Shown here one piece after another: positions 1 to 9,724 of a stretch of 64,000 nt of DNA. Within the stretch, counting starts at the first letter, position 1, and every line of letters begins with the position of its first letter. The position numbers were made by a program, and so were the translations under genes. Under the pieces are notes generated by a model. The model ran no database searches. It worked only from the letters and a program-made list of their open reading frames with translations, and had not been told where the DNA came from. The DNA comes from an uncultured delta proteobacterium (GTDB lineage: Bacteria > Desulfobacterota > Desulfuromonadia > Geobacterales > DSM-12255): NCBI GenBank assembly GCA_963787125.1, contig CAWBBV010000001.1, forward strand, positions 96,001 through 160,000. Direction: 5' to 3'.

Positions 1-38
1 TACCCGCGCATTTAAATTCAACTGATAAGGGGTACAGT

Positions 39-146
39 ATGAAAAAATGGAGATGTGTTGTTTGCGATTATATCCACGAAGGCGATGAGCCACCCGAGAC
101 CTGCCCTGTTTGTGGTGTCGGTAGTGATCAATTCGAAGAAATTTAG
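39..146 (+). CDS. Short rubredoxin-like protein (35 aa), not in the ORF track
   Basis: Manual translation [35 protein letters not shown]; two CxxC motifs; RBS AAGGGG upstream; precedes the flavodiiron protein. Confidence 0.9.
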   Translation: MKKWRCVVCDYIHEGDEPPETCPVCGVGSDQFEEI

Positions 147-192
147 TCTTTTTGCGTTGAAAATCTGATTAAATTAAGAGGACTTACTTGAA

Positions 193-1407
193 ATGAAGGC
201 AGTTGAGCTTACAAAAGACGTTTACTGGGTGGGAGCGCTTGACTGGGCAGTGCGTGACTTCCATGGCTACGAAACACCACGCGGCACATCGTACAATAAC
301 TATCTGGTTCTCGATGACGAAATCACCCTGATTGATACGGTTAAATATGATTTTGCCGAAATAACCATCAAAAATATCATGGGAGTAGTTGATCCTGCCC
401 GGATAAAAAACATCATCATAAACCACATCGAAAACGATCACGCCACAAGCCTCGACCGGATAATGGCAATTGCTCCTGACGCAACCATTTACATTTCGGA
501 AAAGGGGCGCCGTGGACTTGAACGTTTCTTTGACCTTGGGCAGTGGAAAATCAAGGTAGTAAAAACCGGAGACACTCTTTGTACCGGCAAGAAAACCTTC
601 CGCTTCATTGAGACGCCGATGCTTCACTGGCCTGACTCTATGGTTACTTATCTGAATGAGGACAAAATCCTCTTCACTCAGGACGCATTCGGTCAACATA
701 TCGCTTCTTCAGGCCGCTTTGATGATGAATTTGTCGCCGAATACTCTGACGCCGATCTTGAAGATGCTGTCATTGATTACTATGCCAACATCCTGATGCC
801 CTTTGGCCAGATGATAAAAATCAAGATTGCCGAGATTGAGAAGGCCGGACTGGATGTTCAGATTGTCGCTCCTGATCACGGCATTATCTGGCGCAAAGAC
901 CCGGCAAAAGTTTTCAGAATGTATCTTGAAATGGCCAACAGCAAGGCTAATCTTTCCATTGCAATTATTTACGACACCATGTGGCAAAGCACGGAAAAGA
1001 TGATTGTGCCGATAAGTGAAGGGATCCGTGATGAAGGGGTCGGCGTTAAAATCATCAAGCTGCGCGCAACCCCGACCAGCGTCGCTATCAAGGAGTTCTG
1101 GAAGGCCAGGGGTGCGCTGATCGGGTCACCGACTCTCAATAATATTACGTATCCTTCCGTTGCCGAATATCTGACCCATCTGCGCGGCCTTCGTCCTAAA
1201 AACCGCCTTGTCGGCGCTTTCGGCAGCTACGGCTGGGGGGGCGGCGCCGTCAAGGAGATTTACGATGATTTCAAACGAATGGGGCTTGATACTGTAGAGC
1301 CCGGTTTACAGGTGCTCTACAGACCATCTCTTCAAGATGAGGAGACCTGTTTCCAGTTCGGTAAAGAGTTCGCGCAACAGGTAAGAGAGTACCACAAAAA
1401 ATTCTGA
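193..1407 (+). CDS. fprA: Flavodiiron protein (A-type flavoprotein, O2/NO reductase)
   Basis: Metallo-beta-lactamase HIENDH, HWPD and PDHG motifs; C-terminal flavodoxin domain GAFGSYGWGGGA. Confidence 0.95.
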   Translation: MKAVELTKDVYWVGALDWAVRDFHGYETPRGTSYNNYLVLDDEITLIDTVKYDFAEITIKNIMGVVDPARIKNIIINHIENDHATSLDRIMAIAPDATIYISEKGRRGLERFFDLGQWKIKVVKTGDTLCTGKKTFRFIETPMLHWPDSMVTYLNEDKILFTQDAFGQHIASSGRFDDEFVAEYSDADLEDAVIDYYANILMPFGQMIKIKIAEIEKAGLDVQIVAPDHGIIWRKDPAKVFRMYLEMANSKANLSIAIIYDTMWQSTEKMIVPISEGIRDEGVGVKIIKLRATPTSVAIKEFWKARGALIGSPTLNNITYPSVAEYLTHLRGLRPKNRLVGAFGSYGWGGGAVKEIYDDFKRMGLDTVEPGLQVLYRPSLQDEETCFQFGKEFAQQVREYHKKF

Positions 1408-1428
1408 CCTTAAACAAAGGGGGAAAAA

Positions 1429-1809
1429 ATGGCAAAAGTTCTTGAAGTTTACAAATGTGGCGTTTGTGGCAACATTGTCGAAATTTTCATATGCGGCGGC
1501 GGGCCTCTGGCATGCTGCGGCAGCCCTATGCAGCTTCTTAGTGAGAACAGCGTCGATGCTTCGCAGGAGAAGCATGTGCCTGTCATCGAGAAAGGTGACG
1601 GTTGCGTGACCGTTAAGGTCGGCTCGGTAACTCACCCTATGGATGAAAACCACTATATCCAGTGGATTGAAGTGATCGACGGCGACAAGATTTCAAGAAA
1701 AATGCTGAAGCCGGGTGAAGCGCCGGAAGCAACTTTCTGCGTCAAATCTGATAAGGTTGTGGCACGAGAGTATTGCAACCTCCATGGACAATGGAAAGCC
1801 GAAGCCTAG
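1429..1809 (+). CDS. dfx: Desulfoferrodoxin (superoxide reductase)
   Basis: CxxC...CC N-domain; EKHVP, HPM..HYI and YCNLHG motifs. Confidence 0.95.
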   Translation: MAKVLEVYKCGVCGNIVEIFICGGGPLACCGSPMQLLSENSVDASQEKHVPVIEKGDGCVTVKVGSVTHPMDENHYIQWIEVIDGDKISRKMLKPGEAPEATFCVKSDKVVAREYCNLHGQWKAEA

Positions 1810-1840
1810 GGCATTGCCCGGATTCAATTCTGTTTACCCG

Positions 1841-1871
1841 CTGGGGGAGCTTTTTGCTCCCCCAGTTTTTT
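1841..1871 (+). terminator. Rho-independent terminator after dfx
   Basis: CTGGGGGAGC-TTTTT-GCTCCCCCAG followed by a T tract. Confidence 0.85.
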
Positions 1872-1885
1872 ACATGGACGGTTAA

Positions 1886-3145
1886 ATGTTACTGAAGTAC
1901 GGCGAAACATCCTGCGACCTTACCATTGCGGACAAGAACCTGGTTGGTCTGATAAAGGCGACCCCCGTCAAAGGTCAATCTTCCCCCGAAGAGCTGATCT
2001 CTGCGGCGCTTGATGATTGTCAACAGTTCATGGCAGCTATCAGACCCGCAGCAAATGTTGTCATCGTAACCTCGGACATAACCCGCTATACCGGCAGCGA
2101 GATTTACCTGCCGCAGCTGGTGGAGCGTCTCAACTCTGTCGGAGTAACTGATGATCGGATCACAATCGTAGTTGCCCTTGGCATCCACCGCAAACAGACT
2201 AAAAACGAACATCAGCGGATAGTCGGCTCACTTTACGGCAGAATCACGGTTTTAGACCATGACTGTGATGACCCTGACCAACTACTGACCGTCGGCGTTA
2301 CCAGCGGGGGGGTTGAAGTTACCCTGAACCGGACTGTTGCCAGCGCTGACCATCTCATCCTGACAGGGACGATCGCTTTCCACTACTTTGCAGGCTTTGG
2401 TGGTGGCCGTAAAAGTATTCTCCCCGGGGTCGCAAGCCGCTCGGCCTGCATGGCAAGTCATTTCAATGTCCTGAATCAGGGCGAGGGGAGCGGCAAGAAC
2501 CGTTATGCCGTTACCGGCAATCTGGAGAACAACCCGGTGCATAAGGCAATGGTTGAAGCTTGCGCCATGGTCAAGCCTGACTTTATTCTCAATACGGTGC
2601 TCTCTCCCCGCAAAGAGATAATCGCAGTTTTTGCCGGTCACTGGCAAGCTGCCCATGAAGCAGGGTGCCGCTTTTATGCTGCGAATTTTGCCTGTCACCT
2701 CAAGGAGTTGGCAGACCTGGTGATAGTTTCCTGCGGCGGCTATCCCAAGGATATAAATGTTATTCAGGCGCACAAATCAATGGAGTATGGCAGCCAAGCC
2801 TTGAAAGATGGCGGAGTCATGATCCTTCTGGCTGAGTGCCGTGATGGTTATGGTAATGCCACTTTTCTCAACTGGTTCGACTGCAGGGACCTCCAGACGT
2901 TTGAGAAAAGACTGCGCGGCCACTATGAAATCAATGGACAGACGGCATATTCACTGTTGCAGAAGGCGCTACGCTTCCGTATCATTCTGGTCTCCACCTT
3001 ACCACCGGCAGAGGTTCGGGCAATGCAGCTGATTCCCGCAGGCACTCTCGATGAGGCGCTGCTGCTTGCCAAGCAGCTGCTGCCGGAAGATTTCCGGGCC
3101 TATATTGTTCCTGAAGGTGGCACGGTTTTACCGCTTAAAGTTTGA
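1886..3145 (+). CDS. larA: Nickel-pincer lactate racemase family protein
   Basis: SDITR, ALGIHR, HYFAGFGGGRKSILPG and GGYPKDIN..QAHK motifs. Confidence 0.85.
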   Translation: MLLKYGETSCDLTIADKNLVGLIKATPVKGQSSPEELISAALDDCQQFMAAIRPAANVVIVTSDITRYTGSEIYLPQLVERLNSVGVTDDRITIVVALGIHRKQTKNEHQRIVGSLYGRITVLDHDCDDPDQLLTVGVTSGGVEVTLNRTVASADHLILTGTIAFHYFAGFGGGRKSILPGVASRSACMASHFNVLNQGEGSGKNRYAVTGNLENNPVHKAMVEACAMVKPDFILNTVLSPRKEIIAVFAGHWQAAHEAGCRFYAANFACHLKELADLVIVSCGGYPKDINVIQAHKSMEYGSQALKDGGVMILLAECRDGYGNATFLNWFDCRDLQTFEKRLRGHYEINGQTAYSLLQKALRFRIILVSTLPPAEVRAMQLIPAGTLDEALLLAKQLLPEDFRAYIVPEGGTVLPLKV

Positions 3146-3168
3146 ATTGAAAAAGGATTGAAATCGTT

Positions 3169-4551
3169 ATGATAGAAAAGCGGATTATCGAAGGGTTAAG
3201 AAAAATAGTCGGGGATGAATATATTGCAACCGATCGCCAGGATCTGATCTGCTACGGTTATGACGCTACCCAGATGGAATTTATCCCTGATGCAGTTGTG
3301 CATCCGGGCTCGCCGGAAGAGATTGCTGCTGTCCTGAAACTGGCAAATGCTGAAAACTTCCCGGTCTTTCCCCGTGGTGCAGGGAGTGGGTTTACTGGCG
3401 GCGCACTGGCAAAAGGTGGCGGTGTCGTGCTTGTTGTGACGAGGCTTGACAGGATTCTGCGGATTGACACGGAAAATCTGGTCGCCGAAGTAGAGCCGGG
3501 CGTCGTTACGGAACAGTTCCAGCTTGCAGTTGAGAAACTCGGCCTCTTTTATCCGCCTGATCCGGCTTCGCTCAAGTTTTCGACTCTGGGGGGAAATGTG
3601 GCTGAAAATGCCGGCGGACCTCGCTGTGTCAAGTACGGAGTCACCAGAGACTTTGTCATGGGGCTGGAAGTTGTGCTCCCGACAGGTGAAATCATCCGGA
3701 CCGGTGGCGAGACCTACAAGGGGGTGGTCGGCTACGACATGACCCGCCTGCTCTGCGGTTCTGAAGGGACTTTGGGGGTAATCACAAAAATCATCTTCAA
3801 ACTGTTGCCGCTGCCGGAAGCAAAAAAAACCATGCTGACGATCTTCGATTCGATAGATGGCGCTGCCAAGGCGGTCTCGTCGATTATCGGCAACAAGATC
3901 ATTCCGACCACCCTTGAATTTATGGATTACGCAACGCTTCAGTGCGTCAACAATCGTTTTAACCTGGGAATCCCGGAGAATGGCCGTGCAGTGCTTATTA
4001 TTGAAGTTGATGGTGATAAGGAGCTGATTGAGAAACAGGCGGCCAGAATTCAGGAGATAATCGCCCCGCTCGGACTGGTAGAGTGTAAGGTTGCCAAGGA
4101 TGCGGCAGAGTCTGAAGCACTCTGGAAAGTGCGCCGGCTGGTTTCTCCATCGCTGCGTGATGTGAACCCGGACAAGTTCAACGAAGATATCGTTGTGCCC
4201 CGCTCCAAGGTGCCTGAAGTGATCCGGGTGATTGAGAAAATTCAAGCGAAATACGATATCCCGATTGTCAATTTTGGGCATGCCGGAGACGGTAACATCC
4301 ATGTGAATGTGATGATCGACAAGAATGTTCCCGGCATGGAAGAGAAAGCCCATGCGGCTATCGCCGAGGTCTTTCAGGCAGCGCTGGACCTGAACGGCAC
4401 AATGTCGGGTGAGCATGGTGTCGGTCTGGCGAAACAGCCCTTTATTCATCTGGAGCTCAAACCGGCACAGGTGGCGGCAATGCAGGCGATAAAGAGCGCG
4501 CTGGACCCGAACAATATTCTTAATCCGGGCAAGATGTTTCCGGTCAGGTAA
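3169..4551 (+). CDS. glcD: FAD-linked glycolate/D-lactate dehydrogenase subunit
   Basis: PRGAGSGFTGGA, YPPDPAS, GHAGDGNIH and GEHGVG motifs. Confidence 0.9.
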   Translation: MIEKRIIEGLRKIVGDEYIATDRQDLICYGYDATQMEFIPDAVVHPGSPEEIAAVLKLANAENFPVFPRGAGSGFTGGALAKGGGVVLVVTRLDRILRIDTENLVAEVEPGVVTEQFQLAVEKLGLFYPPDPASLKFSTLGGNVAENAGGPRCVKYGVTRDFVMGLEVVLPTGEIIRTGGETYKGVVGYDMTRLLCGSEGTLGVITKIIFKLLPLPEAKKTMLTIFDSIDGAAKAVSSIIGNKIIPTTLEFMDYATLQCVNNRFNLGIPENGRAVLIIEVDGDKELIEKQAARIQEIIAPLGLVECKVAKDAAESEALWKVRRLVSPSLRDVNPDKFNEDIVVPRSKVPEVIRVIEKIQAKYDIPIVNFGHAGDGNIHVNVMIDKNVPGMEEKAHAAIAEVFQAALDLNGTMSGEHGVGLAKQPFIHLELKPAQVAAMQAIKSALDPNNILNPGKMFPVR

Positions 4552-4562
4552 AAAGGTGGCAC

Positions 4563-5828
4563 ATGGATCCATTGCAGCGAGTTGAACAGGAACTGAAGAA
4601 ATGTGTCAAGTGCGGCGCCTGCCGGGCTAACTGCCCGGCATTTGCTGCCTTCGGCAAGGAGCCGGCTGTTGCCAGGGGCAAACTGGCTTTATGTCAGCAT
4701 CTCTTGAAAGGCGATATCGAGCTGGATGATGCGACTTACGCGGCAATGTCAAAGTGCCTGCTCTGCGGCAACTGTGTTGATAAATGCCCGAACAGCGTGC
4801 CGACAGATGAAATCGTCATGGTCGCCCGGGAGGCACTTGCCAAAAAACGCGGGCTGACAACTTTTCACACCGCGGTCGGACAGGTGATTCAGAATCGTAC
4901 CATGATGAAGTTTGGTGCTGCTGCCGGAAGAATACTCGGCCCGCTCTTTTTCAAGAAAGTTCCCGAAACATCTGGACTGCGCCTCCGCTTTCCATTGCCT
5001 TTTCTTGGTAACAAGCGCCATATCCCGAATCTTGCAAAAACACCTTTTCTGGAGCGTCATCCTGAAGTCATCCAGGGCGAACCCGGCAAACCCCGTATTG
5101 TCTTCTTTGTCGGCTGTATGACTAATTTTTGTTATCCGCAGATCGGCGAAGCGGCGCTGGCGCTCTTCAGACATTTGGGCTGTACGGTTATCATCCCGAA
5201 GGGGCAGCAGTGCTGCGGTCTTCCCGGGATGTCAGGCGGCGATCTTGATACTGTCCGTTCACTTGCAGAGAAAAACCTGCTCGAACTGGAGCGGTATGAG
5301 GCTGACTATATCATGAGCGCCTGCGCTACCTGCGGCGGCGCTCTGCACAAGTTCTATCCGAATCTGATCGGCAAACGTCATCCGGAACTTGCCGCCAGAT
5401 TGAAGGCGATTGCTGACAAGACGGTTGACGCTTCCCAGCTGCTTCACAACCTGGGGTTGAAACCTGAAGAGACCGGCACGGGGCGGGCTGTCAAGATAAC
5501 CTATCACGATCCGTGTCATCTGAAGACACGAGGGATCATCAAGCAGCCGCGCGACCTGCTGCTGGCAACGCCAGGGGTTGAACTTGCCGAAATGGAAGGA
5601 GCTGACAAGTGTTGTGGCCTTGGCGGCACCTTCAATGTTTATCACTATGAGGCATCCATGAAAATAAATGCCGGCAAAAGCTCCGCCATTATCAAAACCG
5701 GCGCAGAAGCTGTTGCCACTGGCTGTCCCGGCTGCATGATGCAACTTTCTGACGGGCTTAAGCAGGCAGGGAGTGCCGTCAAGGTGATCCATACCCTTGA
5801 AGTACTGGCCAGAAGGCTTCGCAAATAA
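4563..5828 (+). CDS. glcF: Fe-S subunit of glycolate/lactate dehydrogenase (two 4Fe-4S motifs plus CCG domains)
   Basis: Two CxxCxxCxxxCP motifs; CCG, YHDPCH and CPGC motifs; adjacent to glcD. Confidence 0.85.
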   Translation: MDPLQRVEQELKKCVKCGACRANCPAFAAFGKEPAVARGKLALCQHLLKGDIELDDATYAAMSKCLLCGNCVDKCPNSVPTDEIVMVAREALAKKRGLTTFHTAVGQVIQNRTMMKFGAAAGRILGPLFFKKVPETSGLRLRFPLPFLGNKRHIPNLAKTPFLERHPEVIQGEPGKPRIVFFVGCMTNFCYPQIGEAALALFRHLGCTVIIPKGQQCCGLPGMSGGDLDTVRSLAEKNLLELERYEADYIMSACATCGGALHKFYPNLIGKRHPELAARLKAIADKTVDASQLLHNLGLKPEETGTGRAVKITYHDPCHLKTRGIIKQPRDLLLATPGVELAEMEGADKCCGLGGTFNVYHYEASMKINAGKSSAIIKTGAEAVATGCPGCMMQLSDGLKQAGSAVKVIHTLEVLARRLRK

Positions 5829-6148
5829 AAACAATCTCCATATAATCACGAATAATCAAGGGGAAGGCTGCCATTTCAGAGCGAAATGGAGAAAGGCCGG
5901 CTAAGTCAACCTTTGGACTATACGCCTGGAAAAATATTTTAAACAGACTGTTTTTTTAAAAATTGAGTGTTATGCTTTAACCAGAAGCAAGGCAGTAAAA
6001 AATGCACAAAAGGAGGCTGTTTTCACTATGGAGGACACTCCACCACAAATGCTGTGCAGGTTTACTACATAGGAATAGCGCAATTCTCCGGAGGTTGTAA
6101 GAGCCGGGAAAGACCTTGAAAAGGGTATGGTTAAGAAGACAATAAAAG

Positions 6149-6177
6149 AAGCCCACCGAAACATTTGGTGGGCTTTT
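6149..6177. terminator. Likely bidirectional terminator
   Basis: AAGCCCACCGAA-ACA-TTTGGTGGGCTT flanked by A-rich and T-rich tracts, between convergent units. Confidence 0.8.
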
Positions 6178-6228
6178 CATTATTCGCATCGTACGCTTAA
6201 AGTTATCCGGCTGCTAATCCAGGGGCAC

Positions 6229-7524
6229 TCACTTCTGCTTGACGAAATCATCCATTAACTGTTTTTTATCCCGCTGAAATTCCTCTGCGCTGATTGCGCC
6301 ACGATCAAGCTTCTTCTTCAAGACCTTCAGTTGGCCTTCCACGCCCCCGTTGTTTGAAGGAGCAGCCAGCGCCGAGGCTCCAGAACCACTCTTTTTAAGT
6401 CGGCTCGCCTCCGCTTTTATATCGATCAGATCCATTTTCAATTCGGCATTGCCGTACCAATGAGTATAGGCAGGATTCTGGTGATACGCCCCTTTGATGG
6501 TGCGGGCATAATCGAACTTTTTCATTTTGAAGAGCAGGCGTTCAATGTGAGAGGTATCTTCGTAGAGAAGCTGACTGTCCAGCACCAGCATATTGCCGCT
6601 TAAGGGGTGTGGCGGACGATCTTCAGGCATCGGGTCGAGCAGGCTCCGGTCGCCAAGATCGAGAATAATCTTCTCGGCTTCCTTGACAATCGCCAGGCTC
6701 TGTTTCTGAATGGCATCATCTCTGCCAAGCTCCCTTGCAGCAAAAGAGGGTGCATGGCACTGACTGCAGATCTTCATCATTTTGTCCCGTTCAGGCTTTG
6801 CCTTAGCCGCCGAAGCCGGGATGCCTCCTGAGCTCATGGTGATGCCGCCGGAGACATCATGGGTGCCCTCAGGCATATGGCACCGCTGGCAGGTCGGCCC
6901 GGTAGTTTCGCCCAATGAACCATGCAGCGTGCCGTGCAGTGAGGTCTGCCACATCTCCCACTGGGGGTGATCCGGCCCCATGTGGCATTTGGCGCAGACA
7001 GCCGGGTCGCGGACAATCTTCAAGTCAGTATTATGGCTGGTATGGCAGGAAGCGCAGGAGTTTTCGACACTATGGCAGTAGTTACAACCAACCTCGCCCA
7101 TTTCCGCGCTCTGCTTGAGGAACCTGGCGCACTGCACCTGGGAGAGGGGCTCGGCGCTGTTCTTGTCATGACAGAAAGCACATTCGCGCTGATTGCGGCC
7201 GGTAAGATTGCGGGTGCACCCCCAGCCTGAGTGGAGCCCCATGCCGTGCCGACTCTGGCGGTGGGTATCAAAAGCTTTCTTGTGGCAGGGGGCGCAGACT
7301 TTCATATCCACCCGTGCTTCCCCTTTCAGCATCTTTTCGTGATCGCTGCCATGGCATTTCTCGCAGCCAATGCCGGCCCGCCCATGAGCACTCGCCTCCC
7401 ATTGCCGCACTGCCGCAGGGGTCTTTTCCCGGTGACAAGGCACGCACTCTGCCGCGGAAACAGTTGCCGAAAACAGGGCAAGAATAGCACTTACAACCGT
7501 CAGGATAAGCAGTAGCCCCCTCAT
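6229..7524 (-). CDS. Hydroxylamine-oxidoreductase-family multiheme cytochrome c (9 CxxCH) with SHOCT-like C-terminus
   Basis: Signal peptide; nine CxxCH motifs; HAO-type CHMGPDHPQWE and GAYHQNP segments. Confidence 0.85.
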   Translation of the reverse strand: MRGLLLILTVVSAILALFSATVSAAECVPCHREKTPAAVRQWEASAHGRAGIGCEKCHGSDHEKMLKGEARVDMKVCAPCHKKAFDTHRQSRHGMGLHSGWGCTRNLTGRNQRECAFCHDKNSAEPLSQVQCARFLKQSAEMGEVGCNYCHSVENSCASCHTSHNTDLKIVRDPAVCAKCHMGPDHPQWEMWQTSLHGTLHGSLGETTGPTCQRCHMPEGTHDVSGGITMSSGGIPASAAKAKPERDKMMKICSQCHAPSFAARELGRDDAIQKQSLAIVKEAEKIILDLGDRSLLDPMPEDRPPHPLSGNMLVLDSQLLYEDTSHIERLLFKMKKFDYARTIKGAYHQNPAYTHWYGNAELKMDLIDIKAEASRLKKSGSGASALAAPSNNGGVEGQLKVLKKKLDRGAISAEEFQRDKKQLMDDFVKQK

Positions 7525-8657
7525 TGGGCTATGATCCTGAGCAGGTTATCTTTGTACTCTTGCGGCGTGACCAACCCCTGCAGTCGCAGCAAGCGGAGCT
7601 GGTTGATTTTAGCTGCAACCGCCGGAATAAACATGGAGCCGGTCGCAGGCTTCAAGCCTGAAAGCAGATAAAGATCGTTGCCGCCACGTATCACCGCCCG
7701 ACTGCCCTCAACGCTGAACTGAGCGACAGCCCCCTCTGCAAGCGACAGGGCAGCTGTGCCGTTGCGAAAAAGCGCGCCGTCGGCAATCCAGGTTTCACCT
7801 TCCGGAGAGAGTGCCAGGCTCCTGCCGGCAGTCGATACGGTTCGCCCCGGCTCGTTACTCCAGGGGTTAAAAAGCGTTGTCGTCCCGTTGCCATCACCAA
7901 AAAGAACCTTTTCGCCATCGGCGGAAAATCTGCCGCCGGCAGACTCGAAACCGACTGAAGCGATCTCCAGCTCTTTGCCACTGGCAAGATCTCTCATGAT
8001 CAATTTGTAGTACGGGGCGAATACGGGTGGATCTACCGGGTGCAGATAAAGGATAGTTCCGGACTGGACGGAGAGGTCAAGCATCGGCCCGCGTTCGAGC
8101 AAAACTTTCCACTTGGCTAAAGTTGGCGGTTTAAGGGTGGTGTCTCTAAGTCCTGTTTCCAGCGGCACGCCCCGGCCCGGTTTCCAGCGGACATAGAGAC
8201 TATTGTAGTTGCTGCCGAACTTGTAACTCTTGACTCTGACACCACCGGCCACCAGTTCATCTTCCGAAAGCCAGCCAAGGTCTGTCAAGCTGGTGTTGAC
8301 AGGTGTCTCGGCAATCTTGATGCCGTGCTGGTCGTAGACAACAATGCTGCTCCCTTCTTCTTTAGCAAACAGAGCCGCCAGCGAGTTGCCAAAGGGTGAC
8401 CAGGCAAGCTTCAGGGGCTTACCCTCACCGAGAGGCAGTTGCTCTTTGGAGGGGATGTGCAGCAGCTTAAACCCTGAGCTGACAAGAGCTATCACATTGC
8501 CGTCAGGCGACAGGGCAAACGGCGCCCCTGTGTCAATCGAACTGATCTTTTCTGCCACGAGGCCATCAGGTAGTGCCCCGCTTAGCGGCACTGTCCGGCA
8601 AGCGGTAAAAAACAGCATCATAACTGCTGTGAGCAGAAGCAATATTAGTCTTTGCAT
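7521..8657 (-). CDS. Lipoprotein with TolB/WD40-like beta-propeller repeats and SHOCT-like C-terminus
   Basis: Start reassigned to MQRLILL; lipobox FTAC; ALSPDG, AWSPFG, FSADG and LSPEG repeats; ATGA overlap with the cytochrome gene. Confidence 0.7.
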   Translation of the reverse strand: MQRLILLLLTAVMMLFFTACRTVPLSGALPDGLVAEKISSIDTGAPFALSPDGNVIALVSSGFKLLHIPSKEQLPLGEGKPLKLAWSPFGNSLAALFAKEEGSSIVVYDQHGIKIAETPVNTSLTDLGWLSEDELVAGGVRVKSYKFGSNYNSLYVRWKPGRGVPLETGLRDTTLKPPTLAKWKVLLERGPMLDLSVQSGTILYLHPVDPPVFAPYYKLIMRDLASGKELEIASVGFESAGGRFSADGEKVLFGDGNGTTTLFNPWSNEPGRTVSTAGRSLALSPEGETWIADGALFRNGTAALSLAEGAVAQFSVEGSRAVIRGGNDLYLLSGLKPATGSMFIPAVAAKINQLRLLRLQGLVTPQEYKDNLLRIIAQ

Positions 8658-8784
8658 TGTGTTCCATCCTTCGGCGCAATATTTTCTGAAGAGACTATGG
8701 CAATTCTGCCTGCATTGCAATAGTAACTGGCAAAAATTAAGCTACAATTGCAGGATACAAGTTAACCGGGGGGGGGCGAATCTA

Positions 8785-9675
8785 ATGAAGATATGTATCA
8801 GTGGCGCAACCGGCTTTGTCGGCAAACATCTTGTCAAGGAGCTGCTTGCACGTGGGCACACTCTCAGGCTGCTAACGCACAGCTCCAAGGCGGTGCTTGC
8901 AGACAATACCGAATTTGTGTCAGGTGATGTGACGTCAGCGGCAAGCTGCCAAAAAGGTGCCGCCGGCTGCGACGCCGTCATCAATCTGGTCGGCATAATC
9001 AGGGAGTTCCCGCAAAAACAGATAACGTTCGAACGTCTCCATGTTGAGGCGACGCGGAATATGGTCGATGCTGCCAGGCAGAACGGCGTAACCCGCTACC
9101 TGCAGATGTCAGCCCTCGGAAGCAGACCGGGGGCTGTTTCCGGCTATCACCGCAGTAAATATGCAGCCGAAGAGCTGGTGGTCGCCTCAGGGCTTGATTA
9201 CACGATCTTCAGACCGTCGCTGATTTTCGGCCCTGAAGATGCTTTTGTGAACATGATCGCCGGTTTTATCAGAACCATCTCAGCCGTGCCGGTCATAGGC
9301 GATGGCAAGTACCGTCTGCAGCCGATCTCTGCGGATGATGTGGCGCGCTGCTTTGCCCTGGCGCTGGCAAAGCCTGAGACATGCGGCAAAAGCTATAACC
9401 TCTGCGGTCCGGATCGTTTGAACTATCTTGAAATTGTCGATGCAGTGGCAAAAGCGCTGGGCAGATATTTTGTCCTCAAGATAAAAAATCCCCTCCTGAT
9501 AATGCAGCTGCTCACGCCCATTTTAGAAAAATTCTCATTTTATCCGGTGACTTCCGATCAGATAACCATGCTGTTGGAAGAGAGCATCTGCGACGGCAGC
9601 TGGCAGGGTACTTTCGGTTTCGAGCCGACCAGGTTTGAAGCGGGGATCAGCGCTTACCTGCAGAAGGTCATTTAA
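8785..9675 (+). CDS. NAD-dependent epimerase/dehydratase (NDUFA9-like SDR)
   Basis: Start MKICISGATGFVG (Rossmann); YHRSK catalytic motif; FRPSLIFG. Confidence 0.9.
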   Translation: MKICISGATGFVGKHLVKELLARGHTLRLLTHSSKAVLADNTEFVSGDVTSAASCQKGAAGCDAVINLVGIIREFPQKQITFERLHVEATRNMVDAARQNGVTRYLQMSALGSRPGAVSGYHRSKYAAEELVVASGLDYTIFRPSLIFGPEDAFVNMIAGFIRTISAVPVIGDGKYRLQPISADDVARCFALALAKPETCGKSYNLCGPDRLNYLEIVDAVAKALGRYFVLKIKNPLLIMQLLTPILEKFSFYPVTSDQITMLLEESICDGSWQGTFGFEPTRFEAGISAYLQKVI

Positions 9676-9724
9676 CCCTCTCATGGCCTACCCTGACAGC
9701 ATTCAGCGCCCGCAAGGAGATTTT

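Noticed and set aside
3196..4572. Long antisense ORFs (also 49003-50124, 60079-61053, 21384-22166 and others)
   Set aside because: Shadows of well-supported genes on the other strand; no recognisable motifs
5970..6189. Two short minus-strand ORFs
   Set aside because: They start inside or run through the terminator hairpin; no RBS or motif
8698..8745. Possible sigma54 sites (TGGCAATT..., TGGCAAAA...)
   Set aside because: GG-to-GC spacing is not 10 bp
8768..8776. G9 homopolymer as a phase-variation tract
   Set aside because: Non-coding and coincides with the RBS; no evidence of variation from one sequence
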